In this document: positions 12,132 through 24,550 of the stretch, in pieces | Layout of the letters: each line of letters begins with the position of its first letter | Numbering within the stretch: position 1 is the stretch's first letter | NCBI RefSeq assembly: GCF_006345805.1 | Contig: NW_021835293.1 | Location: 1 to 41,941, forward strand | DNA from: Octopus sinensis | Lineage: Eukaryota | Direction of reading: 5' to 3' | Length of the DNA stretch: 41,941 nt | The notes under the pieces: model-generated | What the model was told of the DNA's origin: nothing | What the model saw: the letters and a program-made list of their open reading frames with translations, nothing else | Database searches by the model: none | Made by a program: the position numbers and the translations under genes

Positions 12132-12495
12132 ATAAGACCTTTGATCTGCCTGAAATAGCAGCCAAATTGTCTTTGATATGAGGGCTACGTTAGATAATGT
12201 TGTTCTAAACCGACTACACATAATTTTAAGATAAAAACTTGTACTCTGAGGGTGCTGCTGTACACCGTCTACAAATGCAGAAGTCGATGCTTCCTCAAGC
12301 AGTGAAGCAGCAGCTTTGTAGGTGTTTCCACATCGACAGTAGAGCTTCCCGGGGCCACCCACCGATATAGGCACAAATCTCTTGCACAACAGCACGTGGA
12401 ACTATTATATAAGACGACAAGGAAGAGCTGGGGTCTAAATACAAAGCTTTGACCAGCTTGAAATAGCAGCTAACTTTTCCTCAGTAAGAAGTGTA

Positions 12496-12606
12496 CACCG
12501 GTAAAATTTCCACTTATTCCTTATTTCTATTTTCCTAAAATTTTCGTTGCGTCTTGCAACCTTTTCAATAGTTTTGAATAAGGAATAAGTGGAAATTTTA
12601 CCGGTG
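12496..12606 (-). mobile_element. 111-bp fold-back element: perfect 30-bp inverted repeat enclosing a hammerhead-like motif
   Basis: caccggtaaaatttccacttattccttatt (12496-12525) is the exact reverse complement of 12577-12606. Minus-strand interior reads CUA-UUGAAAA-G-GUUGC-AAGAC-GCAAC-GAAA-AU-UU/UAG. Confidence 0.7.
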
Positions 12607-13002
12607 AGTGTGTTAAATTATAAAGCACAAAAAGAAGATGACTCTCCCCAGACACAACAGATTGTGTAAAGTGAAGTAATACTAAGGTGACATAACTCAT
12701 GAATATAAAATCAAAGATAACAGTATTAGCTAGGACAAATATTAATGGTTGACAATCTCCGTACGATAGACTCTCATTGTTTTCTTCAGAAGACGCAGAC
12801 AGCTAGATAGACTGACAGATTGATATAGAAATACATAAAGAAAAAGAGTATTAATGAGTGTATGTGTGAGAGTTGTAGTTGCGGCCTTAATAAGCAGACC
12901 CATGCAATCTAAGCCTTTAATATTTCATCATGTATTTAATTTTTCAGACAAGCTGAAATACACACTCGTGATCTCGATTGTAGCTCCCAAATACTACGAA
13001 CG

Positions 13003-13036
<34 letters not shown>

Positions 13037-13524
13037 ACTACTACTACTACTCCTGCCGTTTGCCCGCGCTTCGTCTTCCGCTCCGTCAGCGGTTGCTATT
13101 TCCAGCACGAAGAGGCTCGCTCATTGGTTCTTTCGACAAAGCTGTGTGTACATTTGAGTGTGTGTGTGTGTGTGGTGGTGTTTGTGTGTGTGTGTGTGTG
13201 TGGTGTGTGTGTGTGTGTGTGTGTGTGCTGTGTGTGTGTGTGTGTGTGTGTGTACGTACGTATGCGTGCTCGCTCGTGTGTCTGACCGATATGATAGACT
13301 GCAGAAACACATTCAAAGCGATGTTGAAAGATGGCCGCCATCTGATGCCTGAAATTTCTGAAAGAATAAAATATTATGAGTGAATGAATACAACACACAC
13401 ACACACGTAAACGCTGTCACTCTTATAAATATAAATAACAAAATAAATATATATTTAAATATGAAAAATTTAGCAAGAGAATTATATATCTATATCTATA
13501 TTTACATGCGTATACATACATACA

Positions 13525-13558
<34 letters not shown>

Positions 13559-13623
13559 TATATATATACTGGTACAGGGCATATGCATGCATATAGGTAA
13601 ATGGGTATGCAACTAAATGTAAA

Positions 13624-14063
13624 TGGGTTGGTGCATAATTATTGCGGCTTTTTTCAACAAATTTTATTCAACAAAAACTACAACAACATGTAACGAAAAC
13701 ATCTTTAAATGATTATTCCGGCGCATATTCACAACCTACTTTAATTACTGCTTCCCATTTACTTGGCTGACGGTCAGACCGTCATCTAAAGATGTTTTTG
13801 TTAAATATTGGTATTGTCATTGTGAACAGGTCGCGGTCTGAAAGCGACGAAAATATTTTGACAAATTAAACTTAAATGTTGAAGTGAATCGAACGGCTTT
13901 TGTGTGTTTCTTAAATGGATTACAAACACCTTTCACGCTGCAATTGTTTTCATTTCAGCACACGATCTCAGATCAAATCACTTGCTATGCAAGTACATCT
14001 CCGTAATTGTTGAAGAAAGTTTGTTGGAAAAAAAAAAGCCTCAGTAATTATGCACCAAGGCAA
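13624..14063. mobile_element. Non-autonomous mariner derivative
   Basis: TIRs ttggtgcataattattgcggcttttt and aaaaagcctcagtaattatgcaccaa resemble classical mariner termini; TA after the right end. Confidence 0.85.
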
Positions 14064-15153
14064 TATATGTTTGAGTGAGGGATTTTATAGACGGGTGTGT
14101 GTGTATATATAATATAAATGCATACATATATATAAACATACATACACATGCACATATATGTCTATGCATATTCATATGTATGCTTGTATGTTTGTGTATT
14201 GCATATAGTTTCATATTCATAAATATTCGACTGAATATTTTAATGTTGTATGGAACGGAATAAATTAATAAACGTATAACTGAATAAATAGATAAATAGA
14301 TGACTAAATAACCATTATATAAATAAAATAATAACGAAATAAAAACCAAAATAAAATAAAATAAAATAAAACAAACAATTATCCCTTAACCGGAAGTTAT
14401 TGTTTCCAGTATCCACCTAATCATCAACCCCTCCCTCCATGCTCCCTCACTTTTCTAAATGTCAGCATGAATGACGAAAGTGATGACTACACAAAACAAA
14501 CATCAACAAAAACTAAAAAAAAAAAATTGCAATAACCACAACAAAAATACAACAACAATAACAAATATTTATTCGCTTTAATTTTTCTTAATATAGTTTT
14601 ATGATTTATTTTTTTAGATTTTCGTTCATTTTCGTTAATATTTGTTCACATTTAGCTATGTTTTATTTTTCAATTTTATTCCTTTATTTCATACTTATTC
14701 TCATTATTAAGTTAACCAGTAAAAAAAACTGATGGTTAAGTTGAGGAAAATAAATTAGGTCTATAATCTCGTTCACTTCTATTCCTTCTGCAGTCTTCTC
14801 GCGCATGCGTATGCGTGTTTATGAGTGCGTGTTATTGTTTCAACTTTTATTCGTTAATTCGGTGTATGTGTTGCTGAATTATCTTTACGTAGATGATAGT
14901 CTATCTCTACCAATAATAAACAGCCAACAACAACACTCAGCTTGTCAGGCCCTAAGTTTTTATTATCTATAATTCACAAACACACACATAGACACACATA
15001 GACACACACACACATACACACACACACACACCACACACACAGACACACACGCAAACAAGCAAACACACAAACGTGCAAACTCACATACATATGAATGTGT
15101 ATGTACATATGTATGTATGTTGTATGTATATATATATATATATTATATATATA

Positions 15154-15195
<42 letters not shown>

Positions 15196-15227
15196 CATAC
15201 ATATTATATATACACACACACACACAC

Positions 15228-15427
15228 TTTTACTTGTTTCAGTCATTTGACTGTGGCCATGCAGGAACACCACCATTAGTCGAGCAATAGACCCCAGGAC
15301 TTATTCTTTGGAAGCCTAGAACTTATTCTAGAACCGTTCTCTTTTGCCGAACCGCTAAGTTACGGGGACGTACACACACCAGCATCTGTTGTCAAGCGAC
15401 ACACACACACACACACCACACACACAC

Positions 15428-15482
<55 letters not shown>

Positions 15483-15615
15483 AACCATATGGTTCTGGGT
15501 TCAGTCCCACTGCGTGGCACCTTGGGTAAGTGGATTTGGGAGACGGAAACTGAAAAAAGCCCGTCGTATATATGGTTGGTAAGCAAGCTACTTAACACAC
15601 AGCCACTCCTGGGCC
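15228..15615 (-). mobile_element. SINE family A with an internally inverted segment
   Basis: 3' part (15228-15400) and head (15572-15615) are on minus; middle part (15481-15570) is on plus. Confidence 0.85.
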
Positions 15616-16239
15616 TATATATATATATATCTATATATACATATATATATATATACCGTTTATTATTTATTTCGTCTTTGACCTATGTCCATCGTCTTGA
15701 ATTACATTTATTCAGTTTCGTATGTCTACGTCTGTATCGCCTATTCCTATTCCATGTATTGTCTGTTCTCATCCTATATTCTTGGCAAATTTCGCGGACA
15801 CCGGCAGCATGGAAAACATCTCAGTCTTATCATTAATGGTGTAAAACTGAGTAATACCACTTGATTGATAACAGATGACGCATTAAATCCCTTCTGTTTC
15901 TGTTTTCCGTCCGTTTCTCCACTCCATATACGTTTTTCTGTTCGTCCATGCAATCAGGATACGCGTTTTTTTTACTTTTCTTTCGTGTATTTACTATAAA
16001 TTTATTAACACACACACACACACACGTATGCGCACACACATACATATACACACAACTGTATGCATACATACATGCAAACATACATACATAAATACATACA
16101 TACATACATATGTATTTATGTGCGTGTATTCTGTTTGAGTTGTGCACGTGTATGGATGTATGGGTATACATGTACACATATATATCTCTGTGCGTATTGA
16201 TGTGGATATGTGTATATTGCTCTACACATTGGAAACCCC

Positions 16240-16900
16240 ATTATAGTAACTTTATTGTATAACATTCATCAAGCTAGATTCTGATAGTTCTCAAAGTTTT
16301 CAATTTCTTTGGTATCGAATCTATCATAGGGAGTTACAAAGTCTTTCTTCTTAAACTGTTTATTTTGTCCACTATAATCATATCTGATCTTCTTGCTCCA
16401 ATAGCAAGGCCCACAAAATCTCGTAATTCTAATTTCCTAGCATAGCCTCTAGTTTGAGTTCACACCCCTTTTCTGTCATTTTCAAGCCACACAGTCGGCT
16501 AAAAACCCAAACACACTTTTGCCTATTTTGTAAATTCTACGTTTATACTCCTTTTGTGTTAGTATACTGCACTCACTCAAAATATGATTGATACTTTCCT
16601 CTCCTTTCCTACAAATTCCACATTTGCTTTCTGACGGAGGTTTTTCAATCATTACCTTTATCAGATTTGTTCTAATAGCTTGTTCTTAAGCGGCTGTGAT
16701 TAGCGTTTCTGTCTCTTGTTTCAAGTTCCCGTCTATCAACCATAGCCATTCTCGGTTTTTTGCATGAATTGGCTCTTTGCATTTGCTTATTCTGTTGTTC
16801 TTCCTCTTTATCTTTGAATTCCCCTACTGTCTCAGTCACTTTTGAGCATCTTTGACTGCATAAGTTTTCAGAACAGTTGTCGCAGTACTAAGAAAATTTC
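16240..16900 (-). pseudogene. Degenerate 3' fragment of an R4/Dong-type (RLE) non-LTR retrotransposon
   Basis: Minus translation KQETETLITAA*EQAIRTNLIK and CGICRKGEESINHILSECSILTQKEYKRR (CCHC knuckle), homologous to the 32641-32919 ORF. Confidence 0.8.
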
Positions 16901-16912
16901 TGCATAATCCTA

Positions 16913-17130
16913 AAGCGGCGAGCGGACAAAATGGTTAGTACGCAGGAAGAAAATACTTAGCGGTCTTCTTTCCGGTTTTACGTTCTGATTTCAAATTCCA
17001 CCGTGGTCGAATTTGCCTTTTATTCTTTCAGGGTGAATACAATTATGTACCAGTTGATTCCCGGAGTCGATGAAACCGACTTACCCCCACGTATAAGATT
17101 GTTGACCTTGCACCAAAATTTGAAACCATT
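16913..17130 (+). mobile_element. Old degenerate family B-like SINE
   Basis: gcggcgagcgg...cttagcggt...ttcaaattccaccgtggtcga...gtaccagtt...gtcgat. Confidence 0.75.
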
Positions 17131-17911
17131 ACATCGTGAAATGAGCTAATCCTTGATGAAATATTTCCCTGCGTAATTTCATTCTACTCATCTAAGGAAC
17201 CGAAGTGGGGTGGAGTCGTTTGACAATTTTATAAAAATTACACGAGTAATTGTTGAAATCATTATTCCAACAACAACTTGCATGAACTATAGTTACTTTT
17301 CCGATGCTGTTCTACTTTGCTTCCTCTTCGATGTTGATGCTTGTGTTTATCGGCATAGTAAATTCAAGCTTGAGACGAATTTGTGCTTGATCTTGAATGT
17401 AAAATACACTTCAATAAAGTTGATAATTGTGACATTAATGTCGGAAATAGCGTTCACCGGCAACGAATAATCATCTGCGACGAATATGGGTCTTTTTACG
17501 GTGAGCATGCATGAATGACTATATGTATGTGCCTATCAAGTTATCATCCATCTGTCCACTCTATCTCCAAACCTCTCTCTCTCCATCCCTTTCTCTCTGT
17601 CTCTCAATTTTTATTTAATTTGCTTTGCGGGAAGAAGGACTGTTTCAACGAAGTCGCGTCTTGTCCTTACCTTCGAACAGGGACAACTGAAGAAGGAGAA
17701 TATTCCTTGTGTTGTATGTCTTGTACTCTGTTTTTTCGTTGTTTGAAAAAAAGTTCGTTTCCTTGTTTTTGTTTTTATGTTTTCGTTTCTCATTGTGTTC
17801 AACGTTTTTTTTTTGTGTCCTGTGCCCATATATGCATGTATATATACATACAGATGTAGGTATGTACATATATGTATGTATATATGCATATGTTTATATA
17901 TTATTTATGTT

Positions 17912-17957
<46 letters not shown>

Positions 17958-18789
17958 GACATGTATATATGTGTATGTGTGTGTATGTGTGTATGCATGT
18001 GTGTGTCTTTCTGTGTGGATCCAACTATCCATCCATCTGGCTCTCTAGTTAACCAACTATAAAACTATATTTCTATATGCCTTAACATCTCCTCCTTCCC
18101 ACACTGTATCTACATATTTTCCACTTTACGTCATGTGTTCGTAACCATTCCTCATCTATTCTTCTTTTAATATTCTTCAGTGCATACTCCCTTGCATCCC
18201 ACCCTCTCAACCAAGACACACCCCACAGCCACCCACATTTTTTTTTCATTAGTCGATTATTCATTACATCCAATTCATTTCTGACGAGCAAAGCGGTTAT
18301 TCAATCAGAACGCCAGATTAAGCGCTTATACTGTAATGGCGGTTGTATACTTGTATGCATAACAAGCAGCGGAGGGTAACAGGCAGTTATGTAAATATTA
18401 ATAGGAAAACAAGAAAACAAAACATGCCAAAAGAATGGCTACCTAAGTTCCATATCCACACTATTTCCCTGTAAACAAATATCTCCCCTCTCTCTCCTCT
18501 AAATGCAGCAAAAGACGAGAACAAACATAACGAAGATAAAAAGAGAAACATTAACTTTGGTTCATAGTTTCGCGGTTATTATACAGAAAGGCGCCAACAA
18601 TGTTATTATGAAGTGAGAAATGCGTGGGGGTAGCGGAAAGAGTTGATTACCGAATGTATTGTAATAGATGCATGACTGTCTGTTTGTCCGTCCGTCCGTC
18701 CGTCTGTCCGTCCGTCTCTCCCTCCCCTCCGTCTGACTACCTTGCTGTCTATCTATTCCTCTATCTCCCTTTCTGTTTATTTATCTACC

Positions 18790-18924
18790 TACCTACCTTA
18801 CTATCATCCACAAATACACACACACACAACACACACAAACACACACACACACACACACACTCTCTCCTCTCTCTCTCTCTTTCTCACTCGCTCCTCTCTC
18901 TCATTCCGTATATATTAGATATAT

Positions 18925-18958
<34 letters not shown>

Positions 18959-19056
18959 ATATATATAGATATAATATATATATATATATAGATATATATA
19001 TTTTATATATATCATATAATATATATATATATATATATATAGATATATATATAATA

Positions 19057-19110
<54 letters not shown>
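18790..19110. repeat. Compound microsatellite (CA)n(CT)n(TA)n, representative of dozens of simple repeats in the window
   Basis: Directly visible. Confidence 0.95.
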
Positions 19111-19113
19111 AAT

Positions 19114-19370
19114 GGCCCCGCTCTCTTTAACATTACACCAAAACACATTAAAACAGAAACTGACCCTATAGGGTTCAAGAAGTCTTTGGACAGATTCCTT
19201 CAAGAAATCCCGGATAAACCCCCTACACACGATATGTCTCTGTAAACAATACTCTCTACTTGAGTGGGCCATAGTGCCCAAATTCTGACTTGAAAGACTT
19301 CACCAGGTGGTGCTATTAATTAGACATGGCCTGGGCCAATAATGGCCGAAACCTATCAAAATATCAAAGT
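19114..19370 (+). mobile_element. 3' end of a CR1/L2-like LINE
   Basis: Translates GPALFNITPKHIKTETDPIGFKKSLDRFLQEIPDKP, the typical C-terminal G-P-x-L-F-N...FK-x-x-LD-x-FL motif; tatcaaa repeat tail. Confidence 0.75.
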
Positions 19371-19427
19371 ATATATGTAGTTGGTATGTATGTATGTATG
19401 TATGTATTATGTATGTATGTATGTATG

Positions 19428-19526
<99 letters not shown>

Positions 19527-19752
19527 AAAGGAGAGAATAGCATAGTACGAAATGCATTGTTGTGCTTTATGTCCATCCCCTTCTTAGTTCAAATCCCGCC
19601 CATTATTTCTCTCTATGCTGGTTCTTCATTGCGGTTCGATAAAATAACTACTGTTAGAGGAAATATGTTAATCGCACTGATACTAGCGAACGGTAATGAA
19701 CAAGAAATGTGAAGAAAAAATGAAATACACATCCGCTTTATTTATTTATTTA

Positions 19753-19785
<33 letters not shown>

Positions 19786-20332
19786 TTATTTATCGATTTA
19801 TTTTACGAACCCTTAATATAGGACGTAAATCCATCCCTGCTTAATGACAGAAACAAAAAGAACATAAGGGGTAATGTTATATACATATAAGGGCCAATGT
19901 TATTCACGATCACTGGGATGATCAGAAATGAAGCATCGCTTGTCATAAGTTCATACGATTGAAGAAGACCAGGAATCAAAAGACAGATGATGTGATGCAT
20001 ACATCTTAGTTTGCTTTGACAGTCCGTGTTTCGTCTGAAATTGCAGAAAAAGTGCTTTGTCGGCATCATTCCGAAGACATAAATGCCTTTTAAAGTACCG
20101 TTAGAAGCAGCAACATTATCGGAGTGCTAGAATTATAACTCGCTTTGTCATGAACTGACGTAGATATATGGTGCAATGAGGTAATATTTATAACCGCTTA
20201 AACTCGGATTTTCTGTTAGGACAAATTTACTGCGTTAGAGAAACTCTCACAAAGGCGTTTGGTGCAGAATGCATGCTTCTTTGCTTATATCGCCAGCAGT
20301 GATATAAATCCTCATCAACTCCAGCCTCGAGA

Positions 20333-20378
20333 TCACCAGAACACGTGATTTCGACCTTCCTTGGTCTCATCAATGATT
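20333..20378 (-). ncRNA. Type I hammerhead-like motif with C3>U
   Basis: Minus: AUCA-UUGAUGA-GACC-AAGGAA-GGUC-GAAA-UCACGUGU-UC/UGGU; palindromic CACGUG in stem III. Confidence 0.55.
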
Positions 20379-21280
20379 GACGCTCGGCCGCTGGTGACTG
20401 CAGTGACTCATCACCCCAACAGCGATATATAGAAAACCAGTGCCATAAGAGGCACGGGTGTCGCGACTAGACTCTGAGCATGTTAAAAAAAAATCTATAT
20501 TTGCAACAGAGGTTGTATTAATGCCGAGCGGTAATATTTATGCCCATATCTTTTCCATGTGAGTAGAAGTATATACATATGCAGGCCTCCGTATTTAATC
20601 GATACATACACGTGGATTATTTGCTAAAGTTGAAAATCTAATTCCGTTTTGAATATGAATATATATTGTAACAAAAAACACGACCTTACGCACACACATA
20701 CACATATACACACTTATACACACACACCTTCCCCCAACCCAACACATATTGATTGATTATGTATGCATGTTGAATACCTACTTTTGTTATGTATATATGC
20801 AATTATACAACCATAGCACACGCACACGCATGTGCATATGCGAGAGAGCGACAGCCATAAATAAACAGCTAAACCTTCATTTATAAACCTCAATAGTAAA
20901 TCAGATGTGTACGGCTGTCTGTGTACCTACTGTATGCAACAATACGAATAACGGTATAAGCGCAGTTCATACTAAAGCCATATATTTTTCTATAAAACCC
21001 AAGTTGTTCTCTTGTCAGTTTTGATGGATAAAGTTTCCAGTGCTCTGTGCAACAGAACCATCTACACATTGTAGTATAGTGTCATGAGTTGAACATTCTA
21101 CAGGCATTTCAATATTTAAGGATCTACCATAAACTTCTGACACAATCATTGTGTCACAGTCTATGACAAGCTTAATTCAAAGTACGGCAAAAGTCTATCC
21201 AACAGGTTTGCACATAGTGTATCTCACTATCAGTTTCACTCATGCAAGTTGAGTTGATCCTACGATGCTCTAGATTCTAG

Positions 21281-21459
21281 AACATCGTCGGATCAACATC
21301 GTTGGATCAGCATCGTTGGATGAACATCGTCGGATCAACATTGTCGAGTCAACATCGTCGGATGAACATCGTCGGATCAACTCGTCGGATGAACAACGTC
21401 GGATCAACTCGTCGAATCAACATCGTCCGATCAATATCGTCGGATCAACTCGTTGGATT
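21281..21459 (+). repeat. 14-bp minisatellite, 13 units, consensus AACATCGTCGGATC
   Basis: Units counted directly; three are 13 bp (AAC-TCG); no spacers. Confidence 0.95.
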
Positions 21460-22541
21460 AAGGCATATTCTAGGATATAGAATACACTTTCCACGGCACC
21501 ACTTCAGAGACTTGCGCACATCTTGCGTGAGCAAGTGTTGCCAATCGAAAACTCCGCATAATGGACGCCAGTAAGTTTCAGAGGTCATCAGGAAAGAGTT
21601 CGTACGGTTTCGGAGAATTCCACCCACACCGGTTCCCCTACTGATCGACTGAATAGTATTCGATCTGAAATCCTTCATCTCAAGCCCATCAACAGCTTTC
21701 AAATTATGGAATCATACAGGTCTGTCTTGCCTTTCAGACAAGTAAGTACCTGACTCATGCCTATACATCACTTCTCTAACCAACTACTTGAGCCAGAAGC
21801 TTGCTGACTGCGAAGCTAGAAGTTAGCAAGGCGTGCCAGTGATCTCAAAATAAAATAAGTCAGTGTAATTTCGTTTCAAGAAGACACCCCAATAACAATA
21901 GAATGGTTGCAGTTGACTACACATATGCCAAATGCCAAATGGTGCTGTAAAAGTGCCAGTTAGTAGTCATGTATATAACTCAGTTATAAAAGTAATATCA
22001 GCTTTAATCCAGAATTTAATTATTGTACATGAGAGCCGAATTCTCCTTATCATTTTAATTTAAACTGGCAGGATTACGTTTCATCAAAAGTAGAGCCATC
22101 TCCACGTAAACATCATTTCTTTCCCCGCTCTTTTTTTATCGATAAGTAGACATTACATTTTGTTGTTAAAAATAAAGCGCCTGTGTCTCTAGATAAGCTT
22201 CGCTTAGGCGATTCTCGCCCTACGGAGGTTCACAGGGATTTTTTATCTCTAAAGTATCATAGACTGGCAGGAAATATTTACATCAGCATTTCACAGTAAT
22301 TCACTGTGTTAACCTACTTTCCAAGACATATACGCTCAGCACCGTATCTGACGAACATACTCATACACAGGCAAACACACACACACACAAATTCACACAC
22401 ACACAAGCATATATACATCCATATGTGTATATATATATATATATATAATATATAATATATCACATCCATATATATACATATGTAATTATACATCTATACA
22501 TATATATAATGATACATATATACGCATACACGTTTACATAC

Positions 22542-22572
<31 letters not shown>

Positions 22573-22838
22573 TATATATTATATATATATATATATGTAC
22601 GTATATATATATATGTGTATATATATGTACGTATATATATATACATATGTATATATATGTACGTATATATATATGTGTGTATGTATATATGTATGTATGT
22701 ATGTATATAGGCATTTATACAAGAAATATAGCATAGAAAAAGTTCGGAGTCGTAGATAATTCAATTAAAAGTGTAGTGTAGGTTGCATTTTTAAACAGAA
22801 ATTTCAAAATTTGAGAAGATAATGCGTGTGTGTGTGTG

Positions 22839-22878
<40 letters not shown>

Positions 22879-23289
22879 CATCTTGTGTTGAGTGTTTATG
22901 TATATGCATGCACATGTGCTGTTAACGTTGAAAAGTATCCTAGAAAAGAATTAGTCCCTTCGATTGACCAATGCTGGCATAAACACTACAATTCTTAGAG
23001 AGAGCAACTAGTCAATTGTCGTTGCTTTAATCGCTTCGCTATAGTTTAAAAATATAGCAACGGATGATTCCACTCGCCATCCGTTAATCTGGTTGTAATC
23101 TTCCTTTGGTGCTGCTTCAGTTATCGAATGTTTTTTCGTGCTTTACCTTGTACTAAACGTCTGCGCAAAACGCCTCCTCGCTTCCTAAGAAAACTATTTT
23201 ACTTCACAGGTCACATTATAATCAAGAAATGGATCGTTTCTGTTACAAAAACCTTACACAGCAAACTATATAAACACTTCTTCCTACCA

Positions 23290-23712
23290 TAAACACAAGG
23301 CCTGAAATTTTGTCGGGGAGAGGATAGTGATTACATCAAACCCAATGCTCGGCTTGTACTCATTTTATCGACCATGGACGAATGGTATAATCAATCTCGG
23401 TGGCATTTGAACTCTAAACGGGAAAACGTAAGAAATACCTATTTCTTTACTACCCAGAGGGGACTAAACACTGAGGAAACAAACAAGGACAGACAGACGG
23501 TTTAAGTCGATTACATCGACCCCAGTGCGTAATGGTACTTAATTTATCGACCCTGAAAGGATGAAAGGCAAAGTCGACCTCGGCGGAATATGAACTCAGA
23601 ACGTAACGGCAGACGAAATACGGCTACGCATTTCGCCCGGCGTGCTAACGTAAGAAATATCCCTAAGCATTTAGTCTGCTGTGCTAACGATTCTACCAAA
23701 TACACCGCCTTA
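23290..23712 (-). mobile_element. Young family B SINE (~23438-23650) nested in an older B-like SINE
   Basis: 13-bp direct repeat aacgtaagaaata at 23425-23437 and 23647-23659; halves of the older copy lie on either side. Confidence 0.85.
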
Positions 23713-23799
23713 CGAAGCTTCATATATAAAAACAAGTATTTTCTTTCAACACACGCGACAGAAATTTGTCGAAGTTTGTTTATGTTTCGAACAAGGTGC

Positions 23800-24060
23800 C
23801 AAAGCCAAACAAGCAGTGAATAGTCAACGATTAGTTCTGAAGCCTCGCAGGTGTTTACGACGGCTCGTTTTAATAAGTGAATGTTATCGCAGACAATCGT
23901 CGGAGCCTTTCCTCATCTTCCAGGTTTATCGTTTACGTTACGAGTTTTGGAACCAATGTTATGTTGCCCAAAACTTCAAGGCCTTCTGATTTGTATTTAT
24001 TGATAATGCACGTAGTATCCCCTATTTACATGCATTATCCCCTGTTCACATTCGATTTCG
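23800..24060 (-). pseudogene. Degenerate mariner transposase N-terminal fragment
   Basis: Minus translation across a frameshift gives WFQ...NLEDEERLRR, resembling WF-x-x-F...LEDE-x-RSGRP. Confidence 0.5.
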
Positions 24061-24132
24061 TACTCACAATAAAATCGCTAAAATTTGCGGCTAATTTATT
24101 TCTTTTCATAATTTAAATTTGACAACCTACTA

Positions 24133-24550
24133 GGCGCAGGAGTGGCTGTGTGGTATGTAGCTTGTTTACCAACCACATGGTTCTGGGTTCAGTCCCACTG
24201 CGTGGCACCTTGGGCATGTGTCTTCTACTATAGCCTCGGGCCGACCAAAGCCTTGTGAGTAGATTTGGTAGACGGAAACTGAAAGAAGCCCGTCATATAT
24301 ATGTATATATGTATATATGTATGTGTGTGTTTATGTGTTTGTATTTGTCCCCCCCCAACATCGCTTGACAACCGATGCTGGTGTGTTTACCTCCGCGTAA
24401 CTTAGCGGTTCGACAAAAGAGACCGATAGAATAAGTACTAAGCTTACAAAGAATAAGTTCTGGGGTCGATTTGCTCGACTAAAGGCGGTGCTCCAGCATG
24501 GCCACAGTGAAATGACTGAAACAAGAAAAAAGAAGTAAAAAAAAAGAGTA
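24133..24550 (+). mobile_element. SINE family A, full length
   Basis: Complete head, body, internal microsatellite and tail. Confidence 0.95.

Noticed and set aside
12240-12420. GC-richer unique island with open frames
   Set aside because: No recognisable motif or convincing splice sites.
17687-17712. CTGAAGA followed by an AGGA/TCCT hairpin
   Set aside because: No GAAA or stem III follows.
18281-18300. CTGACGA-GC-AAA-GC-G motif
   Set aside because: GAAA and the downstream half are missing.
21281-21459. CRISPR-like appearance of the short repeat array
   Set aside because: No unique spacers, 14-bp unit, eukaryotic context, no cas genes.
21474-21747. Possible host exon (AG at 21472-21473; GTAAGT at ~21570 and ~21742)
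   Set aside because: Weak polypyrimidine tract and no recognisable protein; RNA-seq would be needed.
22900-23270. Possible Tc1/mariner-like HTH fragment on minus (ARRRFAQTFSTR)
   Set aside because: Too degenerate to call without a profile search.
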